From NCBI GenBank assembly GCA_002269645.1, contig NIVC01004196.1, positions 1 to 55,769 of the forward strand: a stretch of 55,769 nt of DNA, given 5' to 3'. Below, in pieces: positions 31,893 to 45,322 of this stretch. A model generated the notes under the pieces. The model was not told where the DNA came from, ran no database searches, and saw nothing but the letters and a program-made list of their open reading frames with translations. Position 1 is the first letter of the stretch. Every line of letters starts with the position of its first letter. This stretch comes from Macrostomum lignano (taxonomy: Eukaryota). Both the position numbers and the translations under genes were made by a program.

Positions 31893-34800
31893 ATGGGCAA
31901 GTCTAGCAAAGACAGGCGCGACATCTATTATCGCCTGGCCAAAGAGGAGGGCTGGCGCGCTAGAAGCGCTTTCAAACTGCTGCAGTTGGATCAGGAGTTT
32001 GGCCTGCTGGATCCGGCTAAGGTTAAACGGGTTGTGGACCTGTGCGCTGCGCCTGGAAGCTGGAGTCAGGTGTGTGCCGCTGAAAATACCCCTTGATGGT
32101 TGTTTGCCAGAGGGGGGCGGGTCGTTTGGATGATTTAGAACAGATGCTGAGAGCAAGACTAGATGCAGAATGATGCCAAATAGAAACTGAGACTGTAGAC
32201 TCTCAGGATGATGAAGAATAGAAGCTGAGACTGTAGACTATAAGGATGATGAAGAATAGAAGCTGAGACTGTAGACTATAAGGATGATGTAGAATAGAGG
32301 CTGAGACTGTAGACTCAGGATGATGTAGAATAGAGGCTGAGACTGTAGACTCAGGATTATGTAGAATAAAAGCTGAGACTGTAGACTCAGGATTATGTAG
32401 AATAGAGGCTGCGACTGTCGACTCTAAGGATGATGTAGAATAGAGGCTGAGACTGTCGACTCTAAGGATGATGTAGAATAGAGGCTGAGACTGTCGACTC
32501 AGGATGATGTAGAATAGAGGCTGAGACTACTCGTAGATTCTCAGAATGATGTAGTAGAAAGTAGAGGCTAAGGATGGATTCTTAGGATGATGTAGAATAG
32601 AGGCTGAGACTGTAGACTCTCTGGATGATGTAGAATAGAGGCTGCGACTGTCGACTCTAAGGATGATGTAGAATAGAGGCTGAGACTGTCGACTCTAAGG
32701 ATGATGTAGAATAGAGGCTGAGACTACTCGTAGATTCTCAGAATGATGTAGTAGAAAGTACAGGCTAAGGATGGATTCTTAGGATGATGTAGAATAGAGG
32801 CTGAGACTGTAGACTCTCAGGGTGATGTAGAATAGAGGCTGTGACTGTAGACTCTCAGGGTGATGTAGAATAGAGGCTGTGAGTGAAGCCGAAGATCATC
32901 AAAGGTGCATCCGTATCACTCCCACCGCAGGTGCTGGTCAGCCGGCTGAACCCGACCGGCGCTGAAGGTCCCGACGCTCCGGCGCACATAGTCGCCGTCG
33001 ACTTGCAGGCGATGGCGCCGATAGCAGGAGTGGCTCAGCTTCAGGGCGACATCACCAAGACGGCCACCGCCCGCGGCATCATCGACCTGCTTGGCGGCAA
33101 GCCGGCCGATCTGGTCGTCTGCGACGGCGCGCCGGATGTCACCGGGCTGCACGACATTGACGAATACGTGCAGAGCCAGCTGCTCATTGCCGCCCTCAAC
33201 ATCGCCACCTTCGTGCTGGGGCCCGGAGCAACTTTTGTTGCTAAAATCTTCCGCGGGCGCGACGTGTCTCTGCTGCATGCCCAGTTGAAAATCTTCTTCC
33301 AGTCCGTGTCCATCGCCAAGCCGCGATCGTCACGAAATTCCAGCCTGGAAGCCTTCGCCGTGTGCCAGTGCTACCGGCCTCCCATTGGCTACGAGCCAAA
33401 TCTGTCTAATCCCCTGCTAACCGGCTATTACGATTTTGACTTGAGCCAGCTGCGCGGCTCCAACCGGGTTGTTGTGCCGTTTGTAGCCTGCGGCGATCTC
33501 AGCGCCTACGACGCTGATAGGAACTATCCTTTGTCCGATGCGCACCAGCACTCAGAGCCAGCCCAGCCGCCTATCAGTCCGCCATATCTGGAGGCCGCCG
33601 AATTGAAACGCTCCGATCGTCTGGCTAAGCCTTCGTCTGAATCTGCTGCCGCTGACGCTGCCGCCGCCGCTGACTCAGCTGCCACGGCCGCTGCAGCAGT
33701 TGCCGCCGCCGACGCCGCTGCGGCCGCTGTCCGTTGCACGGCCGGCTCGGTGACGCTGGCTTTTCCTGAGCTGCCGCCCCGTACGAGCTGCGGCTACACA
33801 ATGTCCTCCTTCCTGCGGCCACAGGTACCGATTGGGGGATAGCGGCACCTTGCCTGTAGCCTGTAGAATCAACTGTAACAGACCCATTGATAGTCTGTCA
33901 AAAAGCCTGTAAAATCAACTGTTACAGGCCCATAAACAGCCTGTCAAAAAGCCTGTAGTATCAACTGTAACAAACCGATAGACAGCCTGTCAAGAGTCTG
34001 TAGAATCAACTGTAACAGACCCATTGATAGTCTGTCAAAAAGCCTGTAAAATCAACTGTTACAGGCCCATAGACAGCCTGTCAAAAAGCCTGTAAAATCA
34101 ACTGCAACAGGCCCATAGACAGCCTGTCAAAAAGCCTGTAGAATCAACTGTAACAAACCGATAGACAGCCTGTCAAGAGTCTGTAAAATCAACTGCAACA
34201 GACCCATTGATAGTCTGTCAAAAAGCCTGTAAAATCAACTGTTACAGGCCCATAGACAGCCTGTCAAAAAGCCTGTAAAATCAACTGCAACAGACCCATT
34301 GATAGTCTGTCAAAAAGCCTGTAAAATCAACTGTTACAGGCCCATAAACAGCCTGTCAAAAAGCCTGTAGTATCAACTGTAACAAACCGATAGACAGCCT
34401 GTCAAGAGTCTGTAGAATCAACTGTAACAGACCCATTGATAGTCTGTCAAAAAGCCTGTAAAATCAACTGTTACAGGCCCATAGACAGCCTGTCAAAAAG
34501 CCTGTAAAATCAACTGCAACAGGCCCATAGACAGCCTGTCAAAAAGCCTGTAGAATCAACTGTAACAAACCGATAGACAGCCTGTCAAGAGTCTGTAAAA
34601 TCAACTGCAACAGACCCATTGATAGTCTGTCAAAAAGCCTGTAAAATCAACTGTTACAGGCCCATAGACAGCCTGTCAAAAAGCCTGTAAAATCAACTGC
34701 AACAGACCCATTGATAGTCTGTCAAAAAGCCTGTAAAATCAACTGTTACAGGCCCATAAACAGCCTGTCAAAAAGCCTGTAGTATCAACTGTAACAAACC

Positions 34801-35614
34801 GATAGACAGCCTGTCAAGAGTCTGTAGAATCAACTGTAACAGACCCATTGATAGTCTGTCAAAAAGCCTGTAAAATCAACTGTTACAGGCCCATAGACAG
34901 CCTGTCAAAAAGCCTGTAAAATCAACTGCAACAGGCCCATAGACAGCCTGTCAAAAAGCCTGTAGAATCAACTGTAACAAACCGATAGACAGCCTGTCAA
35001 GAGTCTGTAAAATCAACTGCAACAGACCCATTGATAGTCTGTCAAAAAGCCTGTAAAATCAACTGTTACAGGCCCATAGACAGCCTGTCAAAAAGCCTGT
35101 AAAATCAACTGCAACAGACCCATTGATAGTCTGTCAAAAAGCCTGTAAAATCAACTGTTACAGGCCCATAAACAGCCTGTCAAAAAGCCTGTAGTATCAA
35201 CTGTAACAGACTCATAGACAGCCTGTCAAGAGTCTGTCAAAAAAGCCTGTAGAGTAACTGTAACAGACCCACAGACAGCCTGTCAAGAGTCCGTAGTCTG
35301 TACCCTTGCAGCCCGCATCATCTCGTCCCCACCCCCACTCGCCCATCCAAACGGAGCGGCAGGGCGGTCCAACCTACGCGTTCACCTACGGCTTCACGGC
35401 CACGACCTTGACTAGCAGCAGCACAGCCGCGGCCATCGCCTCGCAGATCAGCTTAACCAGCTGCGACATTGACAAGCTCAGACTGGAGGAGGCCCGGGCC
35501 GACATGCCAGAGACTCTGCATTCCAAAGAGGACTTGCTGGCCGGGCTGGCTCAGGCCCGGGCTCTGGCCGTGTCCGCCGACCTGCCTCTGCCCAAGACTG
35601 CTGGCGCTGATTGA
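31893..35614 (+). CDS. FTSJ1: tRNA (C32/G34) 2'-O-methyltransferase FTSJ1/Trm7; exons 31893-32069, 32931-33824, 35312-35614; 457 aa
   Basis: [66 protein letters not shown] give the complete K-D-K-E tetrad. Junctions CAG|gtgtgt, gcag|GTG, CAG|gtaccg, gcag|CCC are all phase 0. Confidence 0.92.
32127..32883 (+). repeat. ~36-38-bp minisatellite in FTSJ1 intron 1 carrying box C-like and box D-like motifs
   Basis: About 20 units of aggATGATG(a/t)agaatagaggCTGAgactgtagactc. Confidence 0.9.
33857..35290 (+). repeat. 45-46-bp minisatellite with a 412-bp (9-mer) higher-order repeat in FTSJ1 intron 2
   Basis: Variant cccataaac recurs at 33929, 34341, 34753 and 35165 (spacing 412). Confidence 0.92.
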
Positions 35615-35689
35615 TTTGATTTATGACATGCGTACTCGATGCATTCATTGATTGACTAGTTGATGTTTTCTACTCCGGCTTAGCGTGTT

Positions 35690-35980
35690 TATCTATCATG
35701 AGACGCGAATAGGGGTTCTCGGCTTGATCGGCTTAGTATACCAACTTCACTGAGCCCTTATTGGCTGCGTACAGCTGTTCAGTCCAAGGACTGGGGGGTC
35801 GCCACACAGCCTCAGTTACCCCAGCTAAAGCTGGCACCCATTTTACAGTTGGGTGAACTGAAGCAATGCGCAGAGTTAAGTGTCTTGCTCAAGGACACCA
35901 AATTGTTCCGATTGGGATCGGGAATCGAACCCCCGACCTTCAAGTTGTAAGTCCGACACTCTAATCACTAGGCTACAAGG
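35690..35980 (-). mobile_element. tRNA-derived SINE with CORE-like domain
   Basis: Head TGTAGCCTAGTG...GGTTCGATTCC followed by gtccttgagcaagacacttaactctg...ctgtaaaatggg, resembling the MIR/CORE domain; sister copy at 54442. Confidence 0.8.
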
Positions 35981-36749
35981 AATATAACGCCTAACAAATG
36001 AGCAATATTTCCAGCTCCATGTTGAGAGTGGGGGTTTCAACTGTTGAATGTAGAAAAATAGATACTTAAAAAGTTTTCTTTTTACTTTTTTTGCAATAGC
36101 ATTATATTTCATATACTTTACTTGATACTCTACTGACAGTAGAAAGATAACGTAATCTATATACGCTACTATTAGTAAAAATATTAGTTTTTTTAGACAC
36201 GACAAATCAATGAAAGACAGAACGTAATTCTAAAACGCTGTAATATTCTTTGCAATCCGAAAGTCTGCACTGTTAACTGTAACTGATAAAACCATTGGTC
36301 GGTGTATAAAACCAGAATTTTGTTTGGTTTTAAATATAAATTGCATGTAAATCGACACTCAAACTCGCGCATTCAAAGTTTAATGTATAACTTGTGTCGT
36401 AGGATTGTAATATTATTTAATCAGGTTTTTAGAGCAAATTTATGGTTAAGGAAATATTAGTGTTTATTATTTATGCGCTGCTTAAACTTCTGTCATTTAT
36501 GCTTGACCCTTAGGTGGTAAATATCAAGAACTACCTATTATTATTTAGTTTTCTTGCATATATACTAGTAGAATAAATAACTTGATATCTCACGAGCAAA
36601 AAATACTCTCATCTACTCTTTTTTCAAAGACTAAAGGCTGCAGCAAAATTTGAATGCCTCAAATCTTAGTACGTGTGCATGGCAAAGCAAAAGAGAAAAG
36701 GCCGCGCCCCAGCCGAGCAGATAAACAGTTGGCCTTCCTCTTGCCCGCT

Positions 36750-37030
36750 TGTGTTCGACTTTGGCCTCTCTCCTTATTGCTCTTTCATTGGCTGAGCTAG
36801 ACTGGGCCTGCCCCCTAGGCTGAGTTTCGTCCGTCTGGCTTTGACTTCTCTCCTTGCTGCTCTCTCATTGGCTGAGTTTCGTCCGTTTGGCTTTGACTTC
36901 TCTCCTTGCTGCGCTCTCATTGGCTGAGCTAGATTGGGCCTGCCCCAAGGCTGAGTTTCGTCCGTCTCGCTTTGACTTCTCTCCTTGCTGCTCTCTCATT
37001 GGTTGAGCTAGATTGGGCCTGTCTTCTAGG
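36750..37030 (+). repeat. ~3.5 degenerate copies of a ~80-bp unit (ttggctgagctagactgggcc...ctttgacttctctccttgct)
   Basis: Direct repeats visible. Confidence 0.7.
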
Positions 37031-37964
37031 CTGAACTTCGTTCGTCTTGCGTTCACTAGTGCACATCGTGTTAAATTCTTGTTCATTCTTAACCCCATAT
37101 GCTCCTGAGGCCGCAAACCCCTCTCCGCAAAAAGAAACAAAATTTCAGCTGCCACGTTAAATTTAAGCGACACTGCGCAAGGCAACTACTGAAAAAAGAG
37201 TAGATCGACGCTCGACTTTTCACAAAAGTCGAATTGTAGTTATTCTAGTAGCTGTGGTTTATTGTCGTCTTTTTGTTGTTTATACGCTGAGGTTATGGCG
37301 CAAGTCAATCGCGCAAAGTCAATATAATAAATACGAACCTATTCTACGAGTATATTAGTGTTGCTCTCATCTTGTTGTTTTCATGCAAAATATTGCTTCT
37401 AAATATCTACTGCCTTTGTTATTTTATAAATAGTGCAGTTTGTAGACAAAAGTTGTAATTGAAAGGATTAGCATTCATTTTCTACGCTCGCGTGTCACTT
37501 GCAACCGGCTTTCAATTAATCTCAAAATTATTAGACAGATAAATCATGGTCAGCATCTACTTCTACTGGCCAAATCTGATTGGCTACGCTCGCATCTGTC
37601 TACTGTTAGTAGCTATCTGGCATTCGCGCGTTAACCTTAGTCCAGCTTTATCCAGACTATACCTTAATTCTATCATAATTGGACGTTATGCTTGACCTGA
37701 CCGGTCATTGGATGTACACCTGGATGTCGTAATTAGTCGGGGCCGGAATTGTTCTGCATGGGCCAGCCGTGTACGCGTGTTATTTTAACCCTGGCCCCTG
37801 TTGCACAGGGATTGGGCCGGTGACAACTGGCAAAATTATCATCACCCTGATGCACGTCACCAATGCGGTCAGGTGAATCGTTGCTACGGACGCCGCTGCC
37901 AAGAGTTAGATAACTATTTAGCTAACGGTTTTCATTGTAGGTCTTTAAAGTGATGTTCATGCAT

Positions 37965-38160
37965 CTGTGTCTTCGGAGTGACGATACCGTATCGTCGCTT
38001 TGTTCTCCAGTGTCTTCGGAGTGACAATCCCCGCGTATTTTAGTGTCTTCAGAGTGACAGTACCGTATTTTATAGTGTCTTCAGAGTGAGAGTATCGTAT
38101 TTTAGTGTCTTCAGATTGAAAATCCCGTATTTTAGAGTCTTCAGATTCACAATACCGTCT
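37965..38160 (+). repeat. Degenerate ~30-bp repeat (gtgtcttcrgagtgac...)
   Basis: About 6 copies. Confidence 0.65.
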
Positions 38161-38301
38161 TTCATCGTTTATTTTCTACTGCATGGGTTTGCTTGCCTGG
38201 CCACCTTTCTTAGATTTAAAATCATATTAATGCTGTAAACACTTCTTTATTTTAGCTATGTCAGCTGGTTCTGCTTAATGATATCTTTAAGAATCTGTGT
38301 A

Positions 38302-39255
38302 CGAGGGGCATTCAAAAAGTTTTGGCAACTGCATATGCAGATATACTTTGGCTCAAGCAAAATGCACTAAATTTTAGGAATGTCTTTAGTAACATGCCTG
38401 ATACCAACGTATAAACTTTCAGCTCAATAGCTTCACCCGTTATTGCACAATTCACAGCTAACCATAACTAAGTTTCAGCTTCTGACATAATATGGAAAAT
38501 ATCAGCTCAGAAAATGCGCGCTTCTACATCTTCATGCGCGTACAACTTGGAGAAAACGCCACCAAAATTCATGCCGACTTAGCACAGGTGATAGGGGATC
38601 AAGCTCCATCTTATAGAACTGTTGCGCAATGGATTGAGGCTTTTGGCGCCGGCAGGAGCAGCCTCAGTGACAACCCTCGATCTGGGAGGCCGAGCACAGC
38701 CGTGACCAAGAGCAACATTGACGCTGTGCAATCGCTGGTGGCTGAGGACCCAAACATTTCTGTTGCCATACTGAGCCAGACACTTGGCATATCTGATAGC
38801 AGCGTTTTCACCATCCTGCATGATCAGCTGGGTCTCAGAAAAATCACAGCTCGTTGGGTGCCGCATCAGCTCACTGAGGAGCAGCGCCAGGAGCGGGTTC
38901 GCTGCAGTCAGGAGTTCTTGCGCTGCTTTGGTTCTGGCGGCACCAAGCGCCTCTCTGACATCGTCACATCGGACTTAGCTCCGTGCGACTTCTGGGCCTT
39001 CCCGAAATTGACGGAGAGGCTGGCTGGGCGCCGATTTCAGAGGCCGCAAGACCTGGCCCGCGCTATCAATTCAGAGTTGAGGGCATTCACTGAATCGGAG
39101 TACCGTGGCGCCTTTGATTCGTGGATACGGAGGCATCAGAAGTGCATAGAGCGCGGCGGAGACTACATAGAAGGACTGTAAACCCTTACTTTTAGAATAA
39201 TAAGCTTCCACTAGATTTTAGTTGCCTGTTGCCAAAACTTTTTGAATGCCCCTCG
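38302..39255 (+). mobile_element. Mariner DNA transposon, 954 bp, internally deleted
   Basis: Perfect 28-bp TIRs cgaggggcattcaaaaagttttggcaac (38302-38329 and 39228-39255); TA target duplication on both sides. Confidence 0.95.
38492..39181 (+). CDS. Mariner transposase lacking most of the catalytic domain, 229 aa, open frame
   Basis: Two HTH regions, RSGRP, and WVPHQL linker are present; IVT is then joined directly to SDLAPCDF, so the first two Asp motifs are missing. Confidence 0.85.
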   Translation: MENISSENARFYIFMRVQLGENATKIHADLAQVIGDQAPSYRTVAQWIEAFGAGRSSLSDNPRSGRPSTAVTKSNIDAVQSLVAEDPNISVAILSQTLGISDSSVFTILHDQLGLRKITARWVPHQLTEEQRQERVRCSQEFLRCFGSGGTKRLSDIVTSDLAPCDFWAFPKLTERLAGRRFQRPQDLARAINSELRAFTESEYRGAFDSWIRRHQKCIERGGDYIEGL

Positions 39256-39268
39256 TATAATATATTTA

Positions 39269-40765
39269 TCTCTAACTATAAAAATCAAAACTCTGTGTGT
39301 GTGTGTGTGTGTGTCTGTCTGTGTGTGGACAATTTTGATCGCTATGGACTCCCAAACCGCTCAACCAAATGACACCAAATTTTACACTATAGATTATAGA
39401 GTAAAGGGAAGAGGTGGAGAGAGGAAAGAGATGAGATTGTAGAGATGAGTGAGATGAAAGGAAATATGAGAGAGTAGAGTAGAGATGAGAGATGAAGGAA
39501 GAGAGAGCAGAGTGCGGAGAGACGAGAAAAGAGAATAGAGGGGGAAGAGTATAGAAGAGGGAAGAGAAGAGAGGAGTAAGGAAAGAGAGGAGTCAGACAA
39601 GGGGAAAGAGAAGAGTACACAGTAGAGAGGAGAGTAGAGATGACAGAAGAGAGAGGGAAATGAGAGAGCAAAGATGAGAGTGAACAGACGATAAGAGAGG
39701 AGAGAGGAGAGTGAGAGAGAAGAGAGAAGACAAGAGAGGGAGAGAGTATAGAAGAGAGAAGAGAAGAGACGAGAAGAAAGAAGAAAGGATCGAGTCCTCC
39801 TGAGTCAAAAAGGGGAAAGAGAGGAGTACAAGGGGAGAGAGGGGAGAGAACATATGAGAGTAAAGATGACAGATAAGAGAGGGGAGATGAGAGAGCGGAA
39901 ACGAGAGTGAACAGACGAGAGATGGGAGAGTAGAGAGAAAAGAGGAGAGATAAGAAATAAGGGATGAGAGGTGGAGACAAGGGAGAATGAGAAGTGAATG
40001 AGGAGAGAGGAGGGGAAGGGAGAGAATCGAGAGGACAGGGGAAATTGGTGAAAAGGACGAGAGAGGAGAGGAAAGAGGGGAGAGAAGAGAGAGAAGAGAG
40101 ATAGGATAGGAGAGAGCAGAGAGATGAGAGGAGAGAGTGGACAGAGGAGAGGAAAGAGTTGAGAGAAGAGAGGAAAAAGGAGAGAGTAGAGATAAGGAAA
40201 GTGTTGAGAGAGGGTAGAGTAAGGAGTGAGAAGAGAGGTGAGGGAAGAGAGAGCAGAGAGCAGAGGGAAGAGAGAGTAGAGAGCAGAGAGAAATGAGAAA
40301 AGATAAAACAGGAGAAAGGAGATATGAGAGACCAGAGACCAGAGCGAAGAGAGGAGAAGAGAGAGAAAAGAATAGAGGGGAGAGGGAAGAGACGAGAGAG
40401 GAGACGAGAGAGGAGAGAAGAAAGAAGAGATAAGAGGGAAGAGAGAGAAGAGACGAGAGAAGATAGGAAACAGAAAAGAAGATGGAAGTTTCAAAGGATG
40501 CAAAGGACATAGGGAGAGGCAGAGGTACGTAGAGGCCAGAGTTTGCCTGACATTCTGCGCAGCACCCCAGCCAACAATATCAATGTTTGCCTCAAATCCT
40601 AATTTTACATGAATGTACACACTATTTTATGTTTAACTCTATCCTAACTATTAACAAGGGAACAAGTTTTTGTTTGAGTTTTACCTCAGATTTTAGAATA
40701 CATGCAAAAATAATTCCGGGGAATGGAGTACCCCGGGTTCAAAATCCGCGGGTTTCAACAGCTTG
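39269..40765 (+). mobile_element. Non-autonomous Helitron-like element, copy 1
   Basis: 5' TC (a|tctctaactataaaa) with (TG)n; 3' GC-rich hairpin ccccgggttcaaaatccgcggg then CTTG; internal GA-rich tract. Confidence 0.75.
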
Positions 40766-43489
<2,724 letters not shown>

Positions 43490-43834
43490 TAATATATATA
43501 TAACAATAGTGTGTATATTCAGCTATATTATAAATTTTGTTGATGATTACATCAACCTGTTTTACTTGTGCTGTAAACCATTTATTTTAGCTCATCTTTT
43601 CAGGGGTGTCGAAACCGGGGGGGGCATGGGGGGGGCATGGGGGGTGGAGCCCCGGCCCCCCCACTTTTTAGCATGATCCTGCAAGTGCCATTTTTGAATT
43701 TTAAGCAAGTGTCGGCCGGTTTTTGGCTTTGGCTTTTCTGAGTCTTGGAAGCTAAGGGTACCAGCTGATATAATAGTTCATGTTGTTCTCAATCCCATTC
43801 CACTACAGTTTTTATCTAATGTGCCTAAGCCTAG

Positions 43835-44504
43835 TAGTGCTTTTAGAGGTCAGCAAACTTTTTACCTCAAGGGCCAGATTGAGAACAGTGCATGACTGCC
43901 CTTCTGCATGGGTCCGCTTCGCTGAGCCCCCTAAGCGAAACGCGCGCCCAGGAGTCCCTGATGACTGCGGGCTATAGGGAGAGAGGATTATAGGGAATAG
44001 AGAAGAGAAATATACGAGCGCAGGAGAAAGGAGAGGCGAAGGAATAAAGGCGAAGAGAGTAGACGAGAAAAGAGAGATAAAATAGGAGAGGAGAGAGGAG
44101 AGGAGAGATAAATGAGGAGAGGAGAGTCTAAATAAGAAGGAGGAGAGAGGAGTGAAGGGAGAAGAGAATGGAGAGGAAACGGGAGATGAGAGGAGAGGAG
44201 AGAGGTGAGGAGATGAGAGGAGAGGGGAGAGGTGAGATGAGAGGAGAGGAGAGAGGTGAGATGAGAGGAGAGAGGTGAGGAGAGGAGAGGAGAGAGGTAA
44301 TGAGAGGAGAGGAAAGGAGAGAGCTAGGAGAGGAGAGGAGAGGAGGGGAGAGGACAGGAGAGAGGTGAGGGAAGAGAGCTGAGAAGAGACACAAACATCG
44401 AGCGGGCCGGATTGCTATTGTGAAGATTCAAAGGACCCAAGGGCCGGATAGAGAGGCTTTGCGGCCAACATTTGGCCCTCAGGGTACTGCAACTAAAAGC
44501 ACTA
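43835..44504. mobile_element. hAT-type MITE carrying a GA-rich tract
   Basis: Terminal inverted 12-mers tagtgcttttag/ctaaaagcacta; gtcagcaaact and gggccggat subterminal motifs; no TSD recovered. Confidence 0.5.
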
Positions 44505-45322
44505 AAATGCCGTCAGATAAAAGAATAAAGAGACAGCGTCAAGAGGCAGGCAGCCAGGTAGAAGGCAGGCAAGAGATCCAGAAAACTACTGGTCTTGCCC
44601 TGACAATTTTCATTCATTTGAGATATTTGCTAAATAAATTGATAGTGCAAGTGCAGTTGCGCAATGTTTGAATTAGTTTTAGAATTCAAACATTTTTCAG
44701 AATTTTGGCCACTTCCAACAAAGAATCGAATATTGGCCTGGTTTTCACAACTAATGTCACAAACTGACATACCAGCAGGAGTAAGGGTGCCCTTAGATTT
44801 ATAAAAAATCATGTGCAATGTGCCCTCCCACCCAATAGCTCCCACCCACTTTGTTCCGACAAATATATGTTCCAACACCGCTGCGTCTAGTTGACAATGT
44901 TTATTCGTATGCCTTATACCTGAAAAACATTGCACCTATACTCGATTGTACGAGTTTTGGACACTCGTAATACTGTGACATTAATAAAAAGCACACGATA
45001 ATAAAAAACTGTGTACACACGTAAAAATATTGTACAATGTTAAACAAAAAAGTTTTTGTATTTTAACAGATTTATACTTGTTACTACTGGCCGTTGAAAA
45101 AATCTTTTTTAAAGCACGATATAAACGCTTCTATTTTTATTTGGAAGGGTTATTTGGTTAGTGCTAATGTAAAGTTTTTGTTACATTCAACATTAAGATC
45201 ATCTTACATTTCTTAAAAGGCTAGGTCTACTTGCTGGTGTATAGCCTGTTATTCACTACTCACGCGAAAACGACTTCTACGTTACTAATCTTGTCGAGTA
45301 TTTTGTCTTCGCGTTGCTGGGC

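Noticed and set aside
44630-44935. 101-aa minus-strand ORF upstream of UNC119
   Set aside because: No recognisable family motif or splice context; possibly a transposon relic but unsupported.
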